Of a stretch of 64,000 nucleotides of DNA, positions 42,840 through 51,641 are shown in pieces; within the stretch, counting starts at the first letter, position 1; each line of letters starts with the position of its first letter. The position numbers and the translations under genes were made by a program. Origin of the DNA: an uncultured delta proteobacterium (GTDB taxonomy: Bacteria; Desulfobacterota; Desulfuromonadia; Desulfuromonadales; BM103). Under the pieces are notes generated by a model that worked only from the letters and a program-made list of their open reading frames with translations, made no database searches and was not told where the DNA came from. Where the stretch lies: positions 1-64,000 of the forward strand of contig CAVQRZ010000001.1 of assembly GCA_963715335.1 (NCBI GenBank), in the 5' to 3' direction.

Positions 42840-44309
42840 CTAGGAGTCGAGTGAGGCCCGCGTCAGGTTGAGCTTCTTCATATAGCGGTAAAGAGTGGCG
42901 CGATGCACACCGAGGAGCCGGGCCGCCGAAGCTAGATTGCCTTGCGATCCTCGCCAGGCGTCGCGAATTGACTCGGCAGTCAGGTTGACAGGTCGGGTTG
43001 TTCGAGCAGCGCCGACTGCGTTCTCCGGTATCGGACCGGCCAGGGCCAGGCGCTCCGGGCGCGACAGGAGGACGCGGTCATTCGCCAACGGATAGGGCAA
43101 CGACAGCGCAATCCCGTCACTGCCCAACTGACCGGGCCCCCAGTCTCCCGGCGAAAAATCCTGCCGTTCGTTGACCCATTCGCGGAAAGCCCGCGCACCT
43201 ATGACCTCGGACTGGCTTTCGATAAACACCCTCTCCAGGACATTGCGTATTTCACGGACATTGCCGGGCCAGAGATAAGCCTGCAGGAGCGCCATTGCCT
43301 CATTGGTCAAACGATCAACGTTGCGGCCGTACTTGCGGCGAAAGAGTCCCAGGAAATGTTCGACCAGTAACGGGATGTCCTCAATTCGCTGACGCAGCGC
43401 CGGCAGATGAATCCGCAGGACCGCCAGCCGGTGATAAAGATCGGCGCGGAATCGCCCCTGCTGGACGGCACGTTCCATCGGCACGTTGGTGGCCGCAACG
43501 ACCCGTACATCGACCTGTAAAGGCCTCTCGCCGCCAACCCGCTCCAGGAGCCCTTCTTCGAGGACCCGCAGCAACTTGACCTGCGCAGACTCGGGCATGT
43601 CACCAACTTCATCAAGAAAGATGGTGCCACTGTCGGCACGCTCAAAACGACCCTTGTGGGAACGTACGGCGCCGGTGAAGGCGCCCTTCTCGTGGCCAAA
43701 CAGTTCCGATTCAAGGAGCTCCGGGGAAATTGCTGAACAATTAACCGAAACAAAAGCATGGTTCCGGCGCGGACTCTGTTCATGCAAAGCCCTGGCAACC
43801 AGCTCCTTGCCGCTGCCGGTTTCTCCGGTGACGACCACCGAAGCATCCGTCTCGGCATAAAGGACTATCTTGCGAAACACCTCCTGCATACCCGGGCTGT
43901 TGCCAACCAGCCCAAATCGGCTCCGGGGCCCATGCCTTCTGGCCAGCCCGGCCGGCGGTTGCCGGAAATGGAACGAGACCTGCCGCCAGCCTGCATCGCT
44001 GATGCCTCCGGGCAGGACATCGGCGAGCAGTCGACACCCTTCCACCCCCCGGAAGTCCACCTCGATGTTGACAATTGGTTCGCCCTCGCCAGCCACTTCA
44101 TCTGCCAGGTAATCCAGCCCCGGAGAGACATCGGCAAACAGCTCACGGAGTGCGCGGCCTGCGATTTCAAGGTCGCCGAGCCCGACCCATTTTGACAGCC
44201 GGTCAGACATCTGCTGCACCCGCCAGGCCTTTCCGGACCCGGCGACGACGACCAGGTCCGGCGCGCGCGACGGCAACTGTTGATCAATCATGATTTCCGG
44301 TTCAGACAT
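42840..44309 (-). CDS. sigma54-dependent Fis-family transcriptional activator
   Basis: GETGSGKE, ESELFGHEKGAFTGA, FLDEVG, WPGNVREI, HTH LGVHRATLYR; ATG at 44309 preferred. Confidence 0.93.
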   Translation of the reverse strand: MSEPEIMIDQQLPSRAPDLVVVAGSGKAWRVQQMSDRLSKWVGLGDLEIAGRALRELFADVSPGLDYLADEVAGEGEPIVNIEVDFRGVEGCRLLADVLPGGISDAGWRQVSFHFRQPPAGLARRHGPRSRFGLVGNSPGMQEVFRKIVLYAETDASVVVTGETGSGKELVARALHEQSPRRNHAFVSVNCSAISPELLESELFGHEKGAFTGAVRSHKGRFERADSGTIFLDEVGDMPESAQVKLLRVLEEGLLERVGGERPLQVDVRVVAATNVPMERAVQQGRFRADLYHRLAVLRIHLPALRQRIEDIPLLVEHFLGLFRRKYGRNVDRLTNEAMALLQAYLWPGNVREIRNVLERVFIESQSEVIGARAFREWVNERQDFSPGDWGPGQLGSDGIALSLPYPLANDRVLLSRPERLALAGPIPENAVGAARTTRPVNLTAESIRDAWRGSQGNLASAARLLGVHRATLYRYMKKLNLTRASLDS

Positions 44310-44537
44310 GATGACGATTCCCTTCATCTGACTTGCGACATAGCTTGCTACATAATCTAACCGCTTCTGCCGGTTTTTCAAGGTCTGCCCGGAGAATAGC
44401 TGCTGCGCAACAGCGCCGACGCCTGCTTCGCCGGCCAACCCGCCATGAAACAATCGCAAGGGTTATTTCAGCAGACGTGCAGAACAAACGTAAGCTGCTA
44501 TAAATATAGCTATCCCAAGCGAACGGAGGCAGCCCTG

Positions 44538-44792
44538 ATGAAGACGCGCAACAAGATTCTAGATTATGAGTTCACCGAAGTTCTCGATGTCAAAACCCGC
44601 GAATTGATCCGGGTGGCCTGCGCCGTAGCGGTCAACTGCCCTGACTGACTCAGCAAACACTTCGCGGTCGCGAAGGATGCCGGGGCCAGCAAAGATGAAC
44701 TGCGCGAGGCGATTGCTTACGGAATCATTGCACCTTCGGGGCGGGCGAAGAATTTTGTCAAACGCATGCAGGCTGAGCTCAACGACGACTGA
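44538..44792 (+). CDS. AhpD/CMD-like selenoprotein, 84 aa, CPDU motif (UGA at 44646-44648 read as Sec)
   Basis: GGAGG RBS; MKTRNKILDYEFTEVLDVKTRELIRVACAVAVNCPD-U-LSKHFAVAKDAGASKDELREAIAYGIIAPSGRAKNFVKRMQAELNDD*; CMD pattern continues in frame past the UGA. Confidence 0.85.
44649..44675 (+). promoter_or_regulatory. Putative bacterial SECIS element
   Basis: 11-nt spacer after UGA, then hairpin CTTCGC-GGTC-GCGAAG. Confidence 0.75.
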
Positions 44793-44920
44793 GCAGAACC
44801 GTTCAGGCCAGAGGCGAGAGGTTCGATGCCGGAGCATGCCGCCAACCAGCAGGCGACCGGCTATCGCCAGCAGTATAATAGCTTCCCAGAACGGGCCGGG
44901 CCCTTTATAATGCCCGGCTC

Positions 44921-47440
44921 ATGGATGAATTTCTCTCAAAACCGGTACAGGAACAGCTTCGCCAGGAAATCCGGGAATCCGGCGGCAACGAAATCTTCTG
45001 CATCGGCCACACCGATGCCGGACAGGTCGTCATCGACCTGGAGATTCTTGCCCGCGGCAATCGGGAGGCTGTTCCAGCCATCCTGCAATCCTGTCGCCCC
45101 GGCGATGTGGTTATCCACAACCACCCCAGCGGACATCTTGAACCATCCGGGCCTGACCTTGCCATCGCCGGCAGCCTCGGCTCACTGGGGGTCGGCTTCT
45201 ATATTGTCGACAACCGGGTCAAGCAGCTCTACCGGGTCGTCGAGGCTTTCGAGCCGGTCCAAAACCGCGCCGTTGAACACGAACAAGTCTCGGAACTGCT
45301 GGGTGCTGGAGGGCCGGTCAGCGAGAACCTGCCCGGTTTCGAAGATCGGCCTGAGCAGCTGCGCATGGCGTTTGCCGTGGCCGATGCCCTCAACCAGCAT
45401 CGCATCGCTCTGATCGAAGCGGGGACCGGGACCGGCAAAAGCCTTGCTTACCTGGTCCCGGCAATCCTCTGGTCGCTGGCCAACCGCGAAAGACTGGTCA
45501 TTTCGACCAACACCATCAATCTCCAGGAGCAGCTGATTCGCAAGGACCTGCCCTTCCTGCGACGGGCCACTGGCCTGGATTTCCAGGTGGTTCTGGTCAA
45601 GGGTCGATCGAACTATCTCTGCAAACGCCGCCTGGAAAGCGCCACCGCCGAGCCGGGGCTTTTCGACAGCGAGCACATCGGTGAATTGAACGCCTTGCAC
45701 GAGTGGGCAGAACAAACCGGAGACGGCTCACGCGAGGACCTCTCCTTTCTGCCACACACAACGGTCTGGGAAGAAGTCTGCTGTGAAGCCGACCAGTGCA
45801 GCCGCAGCCAGTGCCCGCACTTTGGCAGCTGCTTTTTCCACCAGGCCCGGCGGCAGGCTGCCCGGGCCGACCTCCTGGTGGTCAATCATGCGCTGTTGCT
45901 GGCGGATCTTTCGCTGCGCAGCCAGACCGACAATTATTCCGCCCTCGCTGTCCTGCCGCCATTTTCCCGGCTGATCATCGACGAAGCACATCATCTGGAA
46001 GAAGTCGCAACCCGCTACTTCAGCACCCAGGTCACCCGCTTTGCCTTCGCTCGCACCCTGCACCGCCTGCGCCACCCGCGCAAGCCGCAGCGCGGGCTCC
46101 TGCCACGGCTGCTGGCCCAACTCGGCCGCTCCCTCGACGACAGCCAGGACCGCCTGTACCGCGACCTGCACGAGCAGATTGATGCGCTGACAGTCAAAAA
46201 CCAGCAACTGTTTGATCGAGCGGTCGCCGATCTTGAGCAGGCCGGAATTGACCTGGCAAGCGCGCTTGGCACGGAAATTCGCTCCGGAGAGGAGATCCGG
46301 CAACGCCTGGTTCCGGCCTTTGCCGAGAAGGAGGCCTGGCAGCATACGGTGGGTATGTTACGCAGCCTGGCCCGCAGCACCGGCGAATTCGGCGAACTGC
46401 TCCAGGGGCTTCTCAAGGCTTTACGCAAACTCCCCGACGAGGCCGGCGAGGCAATCCGGTCTCTCGGCACCGACCTGGCCGGCATCAGCCTGCGATTACA
46501 GGCCATGGCCCAGAGTTTACACACCTTCACGATCGATGATCCGCAATCCTGCGCGTGGTTTGAAATCACCCGCGGCCGCATCGGTCGCAGCGAGGGGATC
46601 ATCACCCGGCTCTGCACGGCACCTCTCGTCGTTGCCCCGCTGCTGAGAGACACCTTGCTGGAGCGCATGCAGACCGTGGTCCTGACCAGCGCAACCCTTA
46701 CCGTGGCCGAGCGCTTCGACTACCTGCGCCAGCGGACCGGCCTCAATGAGCTGGAGCCCTCGCGCATTAGCGAACTGCTGCTCGCTTCACCCTTCGACTT
46801 CAGGCAACAGGCTCTGCTGGCCATACCGACTGACATCCCGGAGCCCGGCCAACCAGGTTTTGCTGAAGCCGTTCGAGACTTGACAGAGCAAGCCCTGCTG
46901 GCCGCAGATGGCCGGAGCTTCGTGCTCTTCACCGCCTACAGCATGCTGCGCCGCATCCACGCTGAACTGGCCCCGGGCCTCTCCGCGAAGGGCTACCAGG
47001 TGCTGCGGCAAGGGGAATCGACCCGTCACAACCTGTTGCAGAAATTCAGCCAGGACCCGACCAGCATCCTGTTTGCCACCGACTCTTTCTGGGAGGGGGT
47101 CGACGTGCCGGGCCGCTCCCTGGAGCAGGTCATCATCGCCAGACTGCCATTCAAGGTACCGACGGAACCGGTCCTCGAAGCGCGCGCCGAAGCAATTACC
47201 GCGGCCGGAGGAGACCCGTTCATGGAATACACGGTCCCCCAGGCCGTGATCCGGTTCCGGCAGGGATTCGGCCGCCTGATTCGGCAGAAAACCGACCGCG
47301 GCATCGTCCTGATCCTCGACAGTCGTGTGGTCAGGCGCGGCTACGGACGACTGTTCCTGCGCTCCCTCCCCGACGTGCCGGTCGCGACCATGCCCCGGGT
47401 GGAACTGATGGAGAAGCTCAGGGAATTTTTTAGGGGCTAA
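44921..47440 (+). CDS. DinG/YoaA-family helicase with an N-terminal JAB/MPN (RadC-like) domain
   Basis: GNE...IHNHPSGHLEPSGPD; EAGTGTGKS; Fe-S cysteines; DEAH; FWEGVD; QGFGRLIR. Confidence 0.9.
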   Translation: MDEFLSKPVQEQLRQEIRESGGNEIFCIGHTDAGQVVIDLEILARGNREAVPAILQSCRPGDVVIHNHPSGHLEPSGPDLAIAGSLGSLGVGFYIVDNRVKQLYRVVEAFEPVQNRAVEHEQVSELLGAGGPVSENLPGFEDRPEQLRMAFAVADALNQHRIALIEAGTGTGKSLAYLVPAILWSLANRERLVISTNTINLQEQLIRKDLPFLRRATGLDFQVVLVKGRSNYLCKRRLESATAEPGLFDSEHIGELNALHEWAEQTGDGSREDLSFLPHTTVWEEVCCEADQCSRSQCPHFGSCFFHQARRQAARADLLVVNHALLLADLSLRSQTDNYSALAVLPPFSRLIIDEAHHLEEVATRYFSTQVTRFAFARTLHRLRHPRKPQRGLLPRLLAQLGRSLDDSQDRLYRDLHEQIDALTVKNQQLFDRAVADLEQAGIDLASALGTEIRSGEEIRQRLVPAFAEKEAWQHTVGMLRSLARSTGEFGELLQGLLKALRKLPDEAGEAIRSLGTDLAGISLRLQAMAQSLHTFTIDDPQSCAWFEITRGRIGRSEGIITRLCTAPLVVAPLLRDTLLERMQTVVLTSATLTVAERFDYLRQRTGLNELEPSRISELLLASPFDFRQQALLAIPTDIPEPGQPGFAEAVRDLTEQALLAADGRSFVLFTAYSMLRRIHAELAPGLSAKGYQVLRQGESTRHNLLQKFSQDPTSILFATDSFWEGVDVPGRSLEQVIIARLPFKVPTEPVLEARAEAITAAGGDPFMEYTVPQAVIRFRQGFGRLIRQKTDRGIVLILDSRVVRRGYGRLFLRSLPDVPVATMPRVELMEKLREFFRG

Positions 47441-47442
47441 AA

Positions 47443-47580
47443 GAAGTAGCCAGAATTCAGAATTCAGAATCCAGAATAGCCAGTAGCAGTCAGAATTCAG
47501 TAGCCGGTAGCCAGTAGCCATTAGATGTCGGCAAGGTTTGCTTCTCATTCTTGATTCTGAATTCTGGATTCTGGATACTG
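47443..47580. repeat. Heptamer-unit (CAGAATT/CAGTAGC) direct-plus-inverted repeat cassette
   Basis: cagaattcagaattcagaatccagaatagccagtagc... followed by ttctgaattctggattctggatactg. Confidence 0.85.
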
Positions 47581-47615
47581 CCCCCCTCCCTCGCCACTCA
47601 CTGCACAACAATTGA

Positions 47616-47643
47616 TTGACAATCCGCACCGAGTCGTGATAAC
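47616..47643 (+). promoter_or_regulatory. Candidate sigma70 promoter for the leader-aminotransferase transcript
   Basis: TTGACA-N16-GATAAC. Confidence 0.5.
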
Positions 47644-47677
47644 AGACTGAAACATTAAAAACGCAATGGAGCAGAGC

Positions 47678-47785
47678 ATGATCAGGGCCACCGCAAACAT
47701 CGCAGCAGCAAAAACTGCCCGAGCTAACAGCGCGGCAGCCGCGGCGGCCGCCTGCCGGAGACCTGTCCATTGCCTTGGAAAATGA
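47678..47785 (+). CDS. Ala-rich leader peptide, 35 aa (MIRATANIAAAKTARANSAAAAAAACRRPVHCLGK)
   Basis: GGAG at 47668-47671, ATG at 47678, TGA at 47783-47785; 14 Ala codons, 7 consecutive. Confidence 0.8.
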   Translation: MIRATANIAAAKTARANSAAAAAAACRRPVHCLGK

Positions 47786-47835
47786 GTTAACTGTTTACTG
47801 CATCAAGGCCATGGGCAAAAGCCCATGGCCTTTTT
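47764..47835 (+). terminator. Attenuator: terminator 47805-47835 and competing antiterminator (47764-47777 paired with 47804-47817)
   Basis: AAGGCCATGGGC-AAAA-GCCCATGGCCTTTTT; TGTCCATTGCCTTG pairs with CAAGGCCATGGGCA at 13 of 14 positions including one G-U. Confidence 0.8.
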
Positions 47836-47868
47836 AATTTCAACGGGTAGCACGGGAAGGAAGATTTC

Positions 47869-49182
47869 ATGCGTAACAACATAGTTCATATCGGTGCCGG
47901 TGAGTTGACCTACGAGATCCGCGCCATCGTCGAAATCGCCGATACGCTCAGATCGCTTGGCATCAAGACCAACATGGAGAACATCGGCGACCCGATCGCC
48001 AAAGGGGAAATGATCCCCCAGTGGATGAAACAGATCGTCGCCGACCTCGCCATGCAAGACTGCTCCTACGGCTATTGCGCCACCAAGGGCGTTCCGGAAA
48101 CCCGTGCCTTTCTCGCCGAGATGACCAACCGCCGCGGCAAGGCCCAGGTGACAATCAATGACATCATCTTTTTTAACGGCCTCGGTGATGCGATTCAGAA
48201 GGTTTACGGCCTGCTCAAACGGGAATCGCGCGTCATTGGCCCGACCCCGACCTACTCCACCCATTCTTCCGGCGAAGCGGCGCATGCCGGGCAGAAGCCG
48301 GTCTGCTACAAGCTTGACCCCGACAACAAATGGTATCCTGACATGGACGACCTGCGGCTGTCGATCAAGTACAACCCGGCGATCTCGGGTATCCTGATCA
48401 TCAATCCGGACAACCCGACCGGGGCCGTCTGGCCAGAGCGGATCCTCAAGGAGATGGTCTCCATCGCCAAGGAATTCGATCTCTTCATCATCGCCGACGA
48501 AATCTACCAGAACCTGGTCTACAATGGCGAATCGACCAAGCCGATATCCGACCTGGTTGGCGATGTCCCGGCGATTTCCTTGAAAGGGATCAGCAAGGAA
48601 GTGCCCTGGCCCGGCTCGCGCTGCGGCTGGATGGAAGTCTACAACGCCGATAAGGACCCGATGTTCAAACGCTACATCCAGAGCATCGTCGACTCGAAGA
48701 TGGTCGAGGTCTGCTCCACGACCCTGCCGCAGAAAGCGATTCCGCCGATTCTCAGCCATCCCGAATACCAGGGCTGGCTCACTGAACGGATCGTCCGTTA
48801 CGAGAAGTTTTCCAACATCGCCTACGATATCCTGAAAAAAGTGCCCGGGGTCAAGGTCAACCGGACCAACGGCGCATTCTACATGAGCGTCGCCTTCAGG
48901 GAAGGAGCCCTCAACGACCGTCAGACTTTGCCGATTGAGATCCCCGAAGTACGCGAACTCGTAGAAAACCTGGTCAATCAGCCCGGGGTCTCCCTGGACA
49001 AACGCTTCGTCTACTACCTGTTGGCATCAACCGGAATCTGCGTCGTGCCATTGTCATCCTTTTTCACCCCGGAGCAGGGCTTCCGGATTACCCTGCTGGA
49101 GCGCGATGAAGCGACCTTCACGCGTATATTCGAACAGATTGCAGCCAACATCACCAGGTACCTGGACTCTCACAGCGAATAG
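47869..49182 (+). CDS. PLP-dependent class I/II aminotransferase, AlaA/alanine aminotransferase-like
   Basis: YEIR and NIGDP N-terminal motifs as in AlaA-type enzymes; INPDNPTG, ADEIY, GISK..PWPGSRCGW, GAFY. Confidence 0.85.
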   Translation: MRNNIVHIGAGELTYEIRAIVEIADTLRSLGIKTNMENIGDPIAKGEMIPQWMKQIVADLAMQDCSYGYCATKGVPETRAFLAEMTNRRGKAQVTINDIIFFNGLGDAIQKVYGLLKRESRVIGPTPTYSTHSSGEAAHAGQKPVCYKLDPDNKWYPDMDDLRLSIKYNPAISGILIINPDNPTGAVWPERILKEMVSIAKEFDLFIIADEIYQNLVYNGESTKPISDLVGDVPAISLKGISKEVPWPGSRCGWMEVYNADKDPMFKRYIQSIVDSKMVEVCSTTLPQKAIPPILSHPEYQGWLTERIVRYEKFSNIAYDILKKVPGVKVNRTNGAFYMSVAFREGALNDRQTLPIEIPEVRELVENLVNQPGVSLDKRFVYYLLASTGICVVPLSSFFTPEQGFRITLLERDEATFTRIFEQIAANITRYLDSHSE

Positions 49183-49191
49183 ACTTGAGCG

Positions 49192-49222
49192 AAAAAGGCC
49201 GGCACACAATGTCGGCCTTTTT
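49192..49222 (+). terminator. Intrinsic terminator after the aminotransferase
   Basis: AAAAAGGCCGGCA...TGTCGGCCTTTTT. Confidence 0.8.
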
Positions 49223-49340
49223 GTTATACTGGACGCGGATGTCATTTTAATCTGTCCGCCATAACGCAGACCTGAACGAGACGACCTGACGCGTCTTGCG
49301 AACACTGCCGGCTTTTTTGATTGGGGCTCCCGACACCTGC

Positions 49341-50762
49341 ATGCTGACACCCAGACTGATAAATCGTGACGCTCTGATTACGTCGCAAAAACAACTGATC
49401 GACTACCTCGCGGCAGGCGCTCGTCCGGAAGCGGATTGGGGGATCGGCGCAGAAATGGAAAAGCTGGTCCTCGACGCACGGACGGGGGCAGCCGCGGAAT
49501 TTTCAAGGATCGAGGCGTTGCTCGCGACACTGGCAGCAACCGGCAACTGGCGGGAGCAGCGGCAAGGCTCCCGGCTGATCGGCCTGCAGGGAGAAACTTC
49601 TTCGATAACGATCGAGCCAGGCGGTCAGTTGGAGTTATCCGGCGAGCTCTGTGCCGACCTGTTCTGCAACTGCAGCGACTTCTCCAGGCATATTGCAAAT
49701 ACCGTCGCGGCCTGCAGGCAATTGGACCTGGTTCTGCTTGGTCTCGGCACGCAGCCTTTCAGCAGCCTCGATGAAATCGAATGGGCACCCAAGGCCCGCT
49801 ACGATATCATGGGCCCTTACATGTTAAAAACCGGCGACATGGGTCAGCGCATGATGAAACAGAGCGCAGGACTCCAGGTCAATCTTGATTTCAGTGACGA
49901 AGCGGACTGCATGAGGAAGCTGCGCCTCGCCCAGTTTCTTGCGCCGTTGCTTTACGGGCTGTTCGCCAACTCGCCACTGCTGGATGGCAAGCCGAGCGGC
50001 TTTTTGAGCACCCGTGGAGAGATCTGGTCGCGAACCGACCCTGACCGGACCGGGCTCCTCCCTTTCCTCGACAAGCCGGATGCCGGTTTTAACGACTACG
50101 TTGAGTACGCCCTCGACATACCGATGTATTTCATTGCCCGCGAGGGGAGCTACCTGGACCTGACCCGCAACCGCTTCAGCTTCCGCGATTTCCTGGAGCA
50201 AGGGCATGCCGGCCAGCATGCAACCATGGCCGACTGGGACCTGCACCTGTCAACCCTGTTTCCGGAGGTTCGCCTGCGGCCACAGGTAGAGGTGCGCTGC
50301 GCCGACAGCCTGCCGCCCCACCTGGTCCTGACCGTCGCCGCCCTGCTCAAGGGTCTCATGTACGATGAGAGCGCCTTCCAGGCCGCGTGGCGCGAGTGTC
50401 AGCTGGACTCTCTCGACGAGATCCGCGCCAGCTGCCGAACAGCCTGGCGCCTGGGGCTGCGAACCCCCTGGAAGGGCGGCACTCTACAGGATTTGGCAAG
50501 GACCTGCCTGGAGCTGGCCCGTGCAGGCCTCGACCGCCAGCAGGTACGACGCGGCCAGGAACGCAGCGAGCGCTGCTTCCTTGACGGCCTCGACACACTG
50601 ATCGAGGGTGGACAGACGCTCGCCGAGCAACTGCTGCAGAACTGGCACGGGGATCGTCAGGAAAAGCTCAAAAAGCTGATCGGCCATTGCGGTTTTTTCG
50701 ACGTTGTCCCGAACCGACCCGGCGAAAACTGTGCAAACACGCAGTTCTCGCCTGCGCGCTGA
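49341..50762 (+). CDS. Glutamate--cysteine ligase (GCS2, plant/alphaproteobacterial type)
   Basis: IGAEMEK, TIEPGGQLELSG, QVNLDF, LFANSP, HLSTLFPEVR, EVRCAD. Confidence 0.88.
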   Translation: MLTPRLINRDALITSQKQLIDYLAAGARPEADWGIGAEMEKLVLDARTGAAAEFSRIEALLATLAATGNWREQRQGSRLIGLQGETSSITIEPGGQLELSGELCADLFCNCSDFSRHIANTVAACRQLDLVLLGLGTQPFSSLDEIEWAPKARYDIMGPYMLKTGDMGQRMMKQSAGLQVNLDFSDEADCMRKLRLAQFLAPLLYGLFANSPLLDGKPSGFLSTRGEIWSRTDPDRTGLLPFLDKPDAGFNDYVEYALDIPMYFIAREGSYLDLTRNRFSFRDFLEQGHAGQHATMADWDLHLSTLFPEVRLRPQVEVRCADSLPPHLVLTVAALLKGLMYDESAFQAAWRECQLDSLDEIRASCRTAWRLGLRTPWKGGTLQDLARTCLELARAGLDRQQVRRGQERSERCFLDGLDTLIEGGQTLAEQLLQNWHGDRQEKLKKLIGHCGFFDVVPNRPGENCANTQFSPAR

Positions 50763-50971
50763 CCTGCAATTTTTTACGCGGATCAACGTGGTTTTATTGG
50801 CCGGGGAGCGGTAACCTGCGAACCATCAAAGGTTCGTTGTGGCAGGCGGACCGGCGAAGCAAACCAAATCTTCTTCACCTCCTCGCATATATAAGGCCGA
50901 TCCGGATAGTCCGGATCGGCCTTAGCGTTTTTTAAGAGCCAGCCCCCAGCCCCCAACCCCCAGCCCCCGAA

Positions 50972-51418
50972 TTAAGGCACCGGCATCGTCCCGTGTGACT
51001 GCAGGAAGGTCAGGTAATGTTCGGGCAGACCGTGATGCTGTGCCCCGCGGATCAGGCGATTGAGATAATCTTCACTCGGCTTCAGGCCGGAACGGAACTT
51101 CGCCCCCCGATAAATCGCGCAGGACAGTTCCCCCTGCGACGTCTGCACAGTCACCTGGTGGCGCCGGTAACGGCCACGCTCGACATTCTCGTAGACATCC
51201 AGCCCGGCCAGGCTCGCTTCCGGCACATCGTAAACAACCCCGTGGACATGACTGCGGCGATCGTCCATCAGGTCGGCCTTACCGGTATTATCGCCGCCCG
51301 GGACATGAAAAACCAGCCTGACATCCCGGACCTTGCCAATCACAACCGGGACAAAGCTGACGTTACGTTCTTTGAGAGTCTCTACGTCCATGTTCGCACC
51401 ATAAGCGAAATAGTGCAT
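50972..51418 (-). CDS. Gamma-glutamylcyclotransferase family protein
   Basis: YFAYGANM, VHGVVY, LDVYE, PSEDYL...GAQHHGLPEHY. Confidence 0.88.
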   Translation of the reverse strand: MHYFAYGANMDVETLKERNVSFVPVVIGKVRDVRLVFHVPGGDNTGKADLMDDRRSHVHGVVYDVPEASLAGLDVYENVERGRYRRHQVTVQTSQGELSCAIYRGAKFRSGLKPSEDYLNRLIRGAQHHGLPEHYLTFLQSHGTMPVP

Positions 51419-51641
51419 ACCGACCTCCCTGTTCTCGAAGTTGATGGATGATTTGCTGATCAGACCAAGATCTCATTATTCCTGACGACCTGAGTTGAAA
51501 TGAGGCGAATAAAGAGGGATGAACCAATGACCCCGAACCAAGCTATATGAGCTATTGTATCGCAGAATTTGCGCTTGTCTTGCCGGCGGCAGGTCAGTAT
51601 AGTGGCCAATCAACGAAAACCGTTTGGATAGGAGTGTTTTA

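Noticed and set aside
44310..44459. N-terminal extension of the sigma54 activator
   Set aside because: Runs through the divergent promoter region and the candidate binding sites; ATG at 44309 is more plausible.
47443..47580. Heptamer arrays as CRISPR
   Set aside because: No repeat-unique spacer alternation, units are 7 nt, and there are no cas genes.
47660..47840. Metabolite riboswitch or T-box upstream of the aminotransferase
   Set aside because: No SAM, lysine, glycine or T-box consensus recognised; the leader-peptide model explains RBS, codons and pairings.
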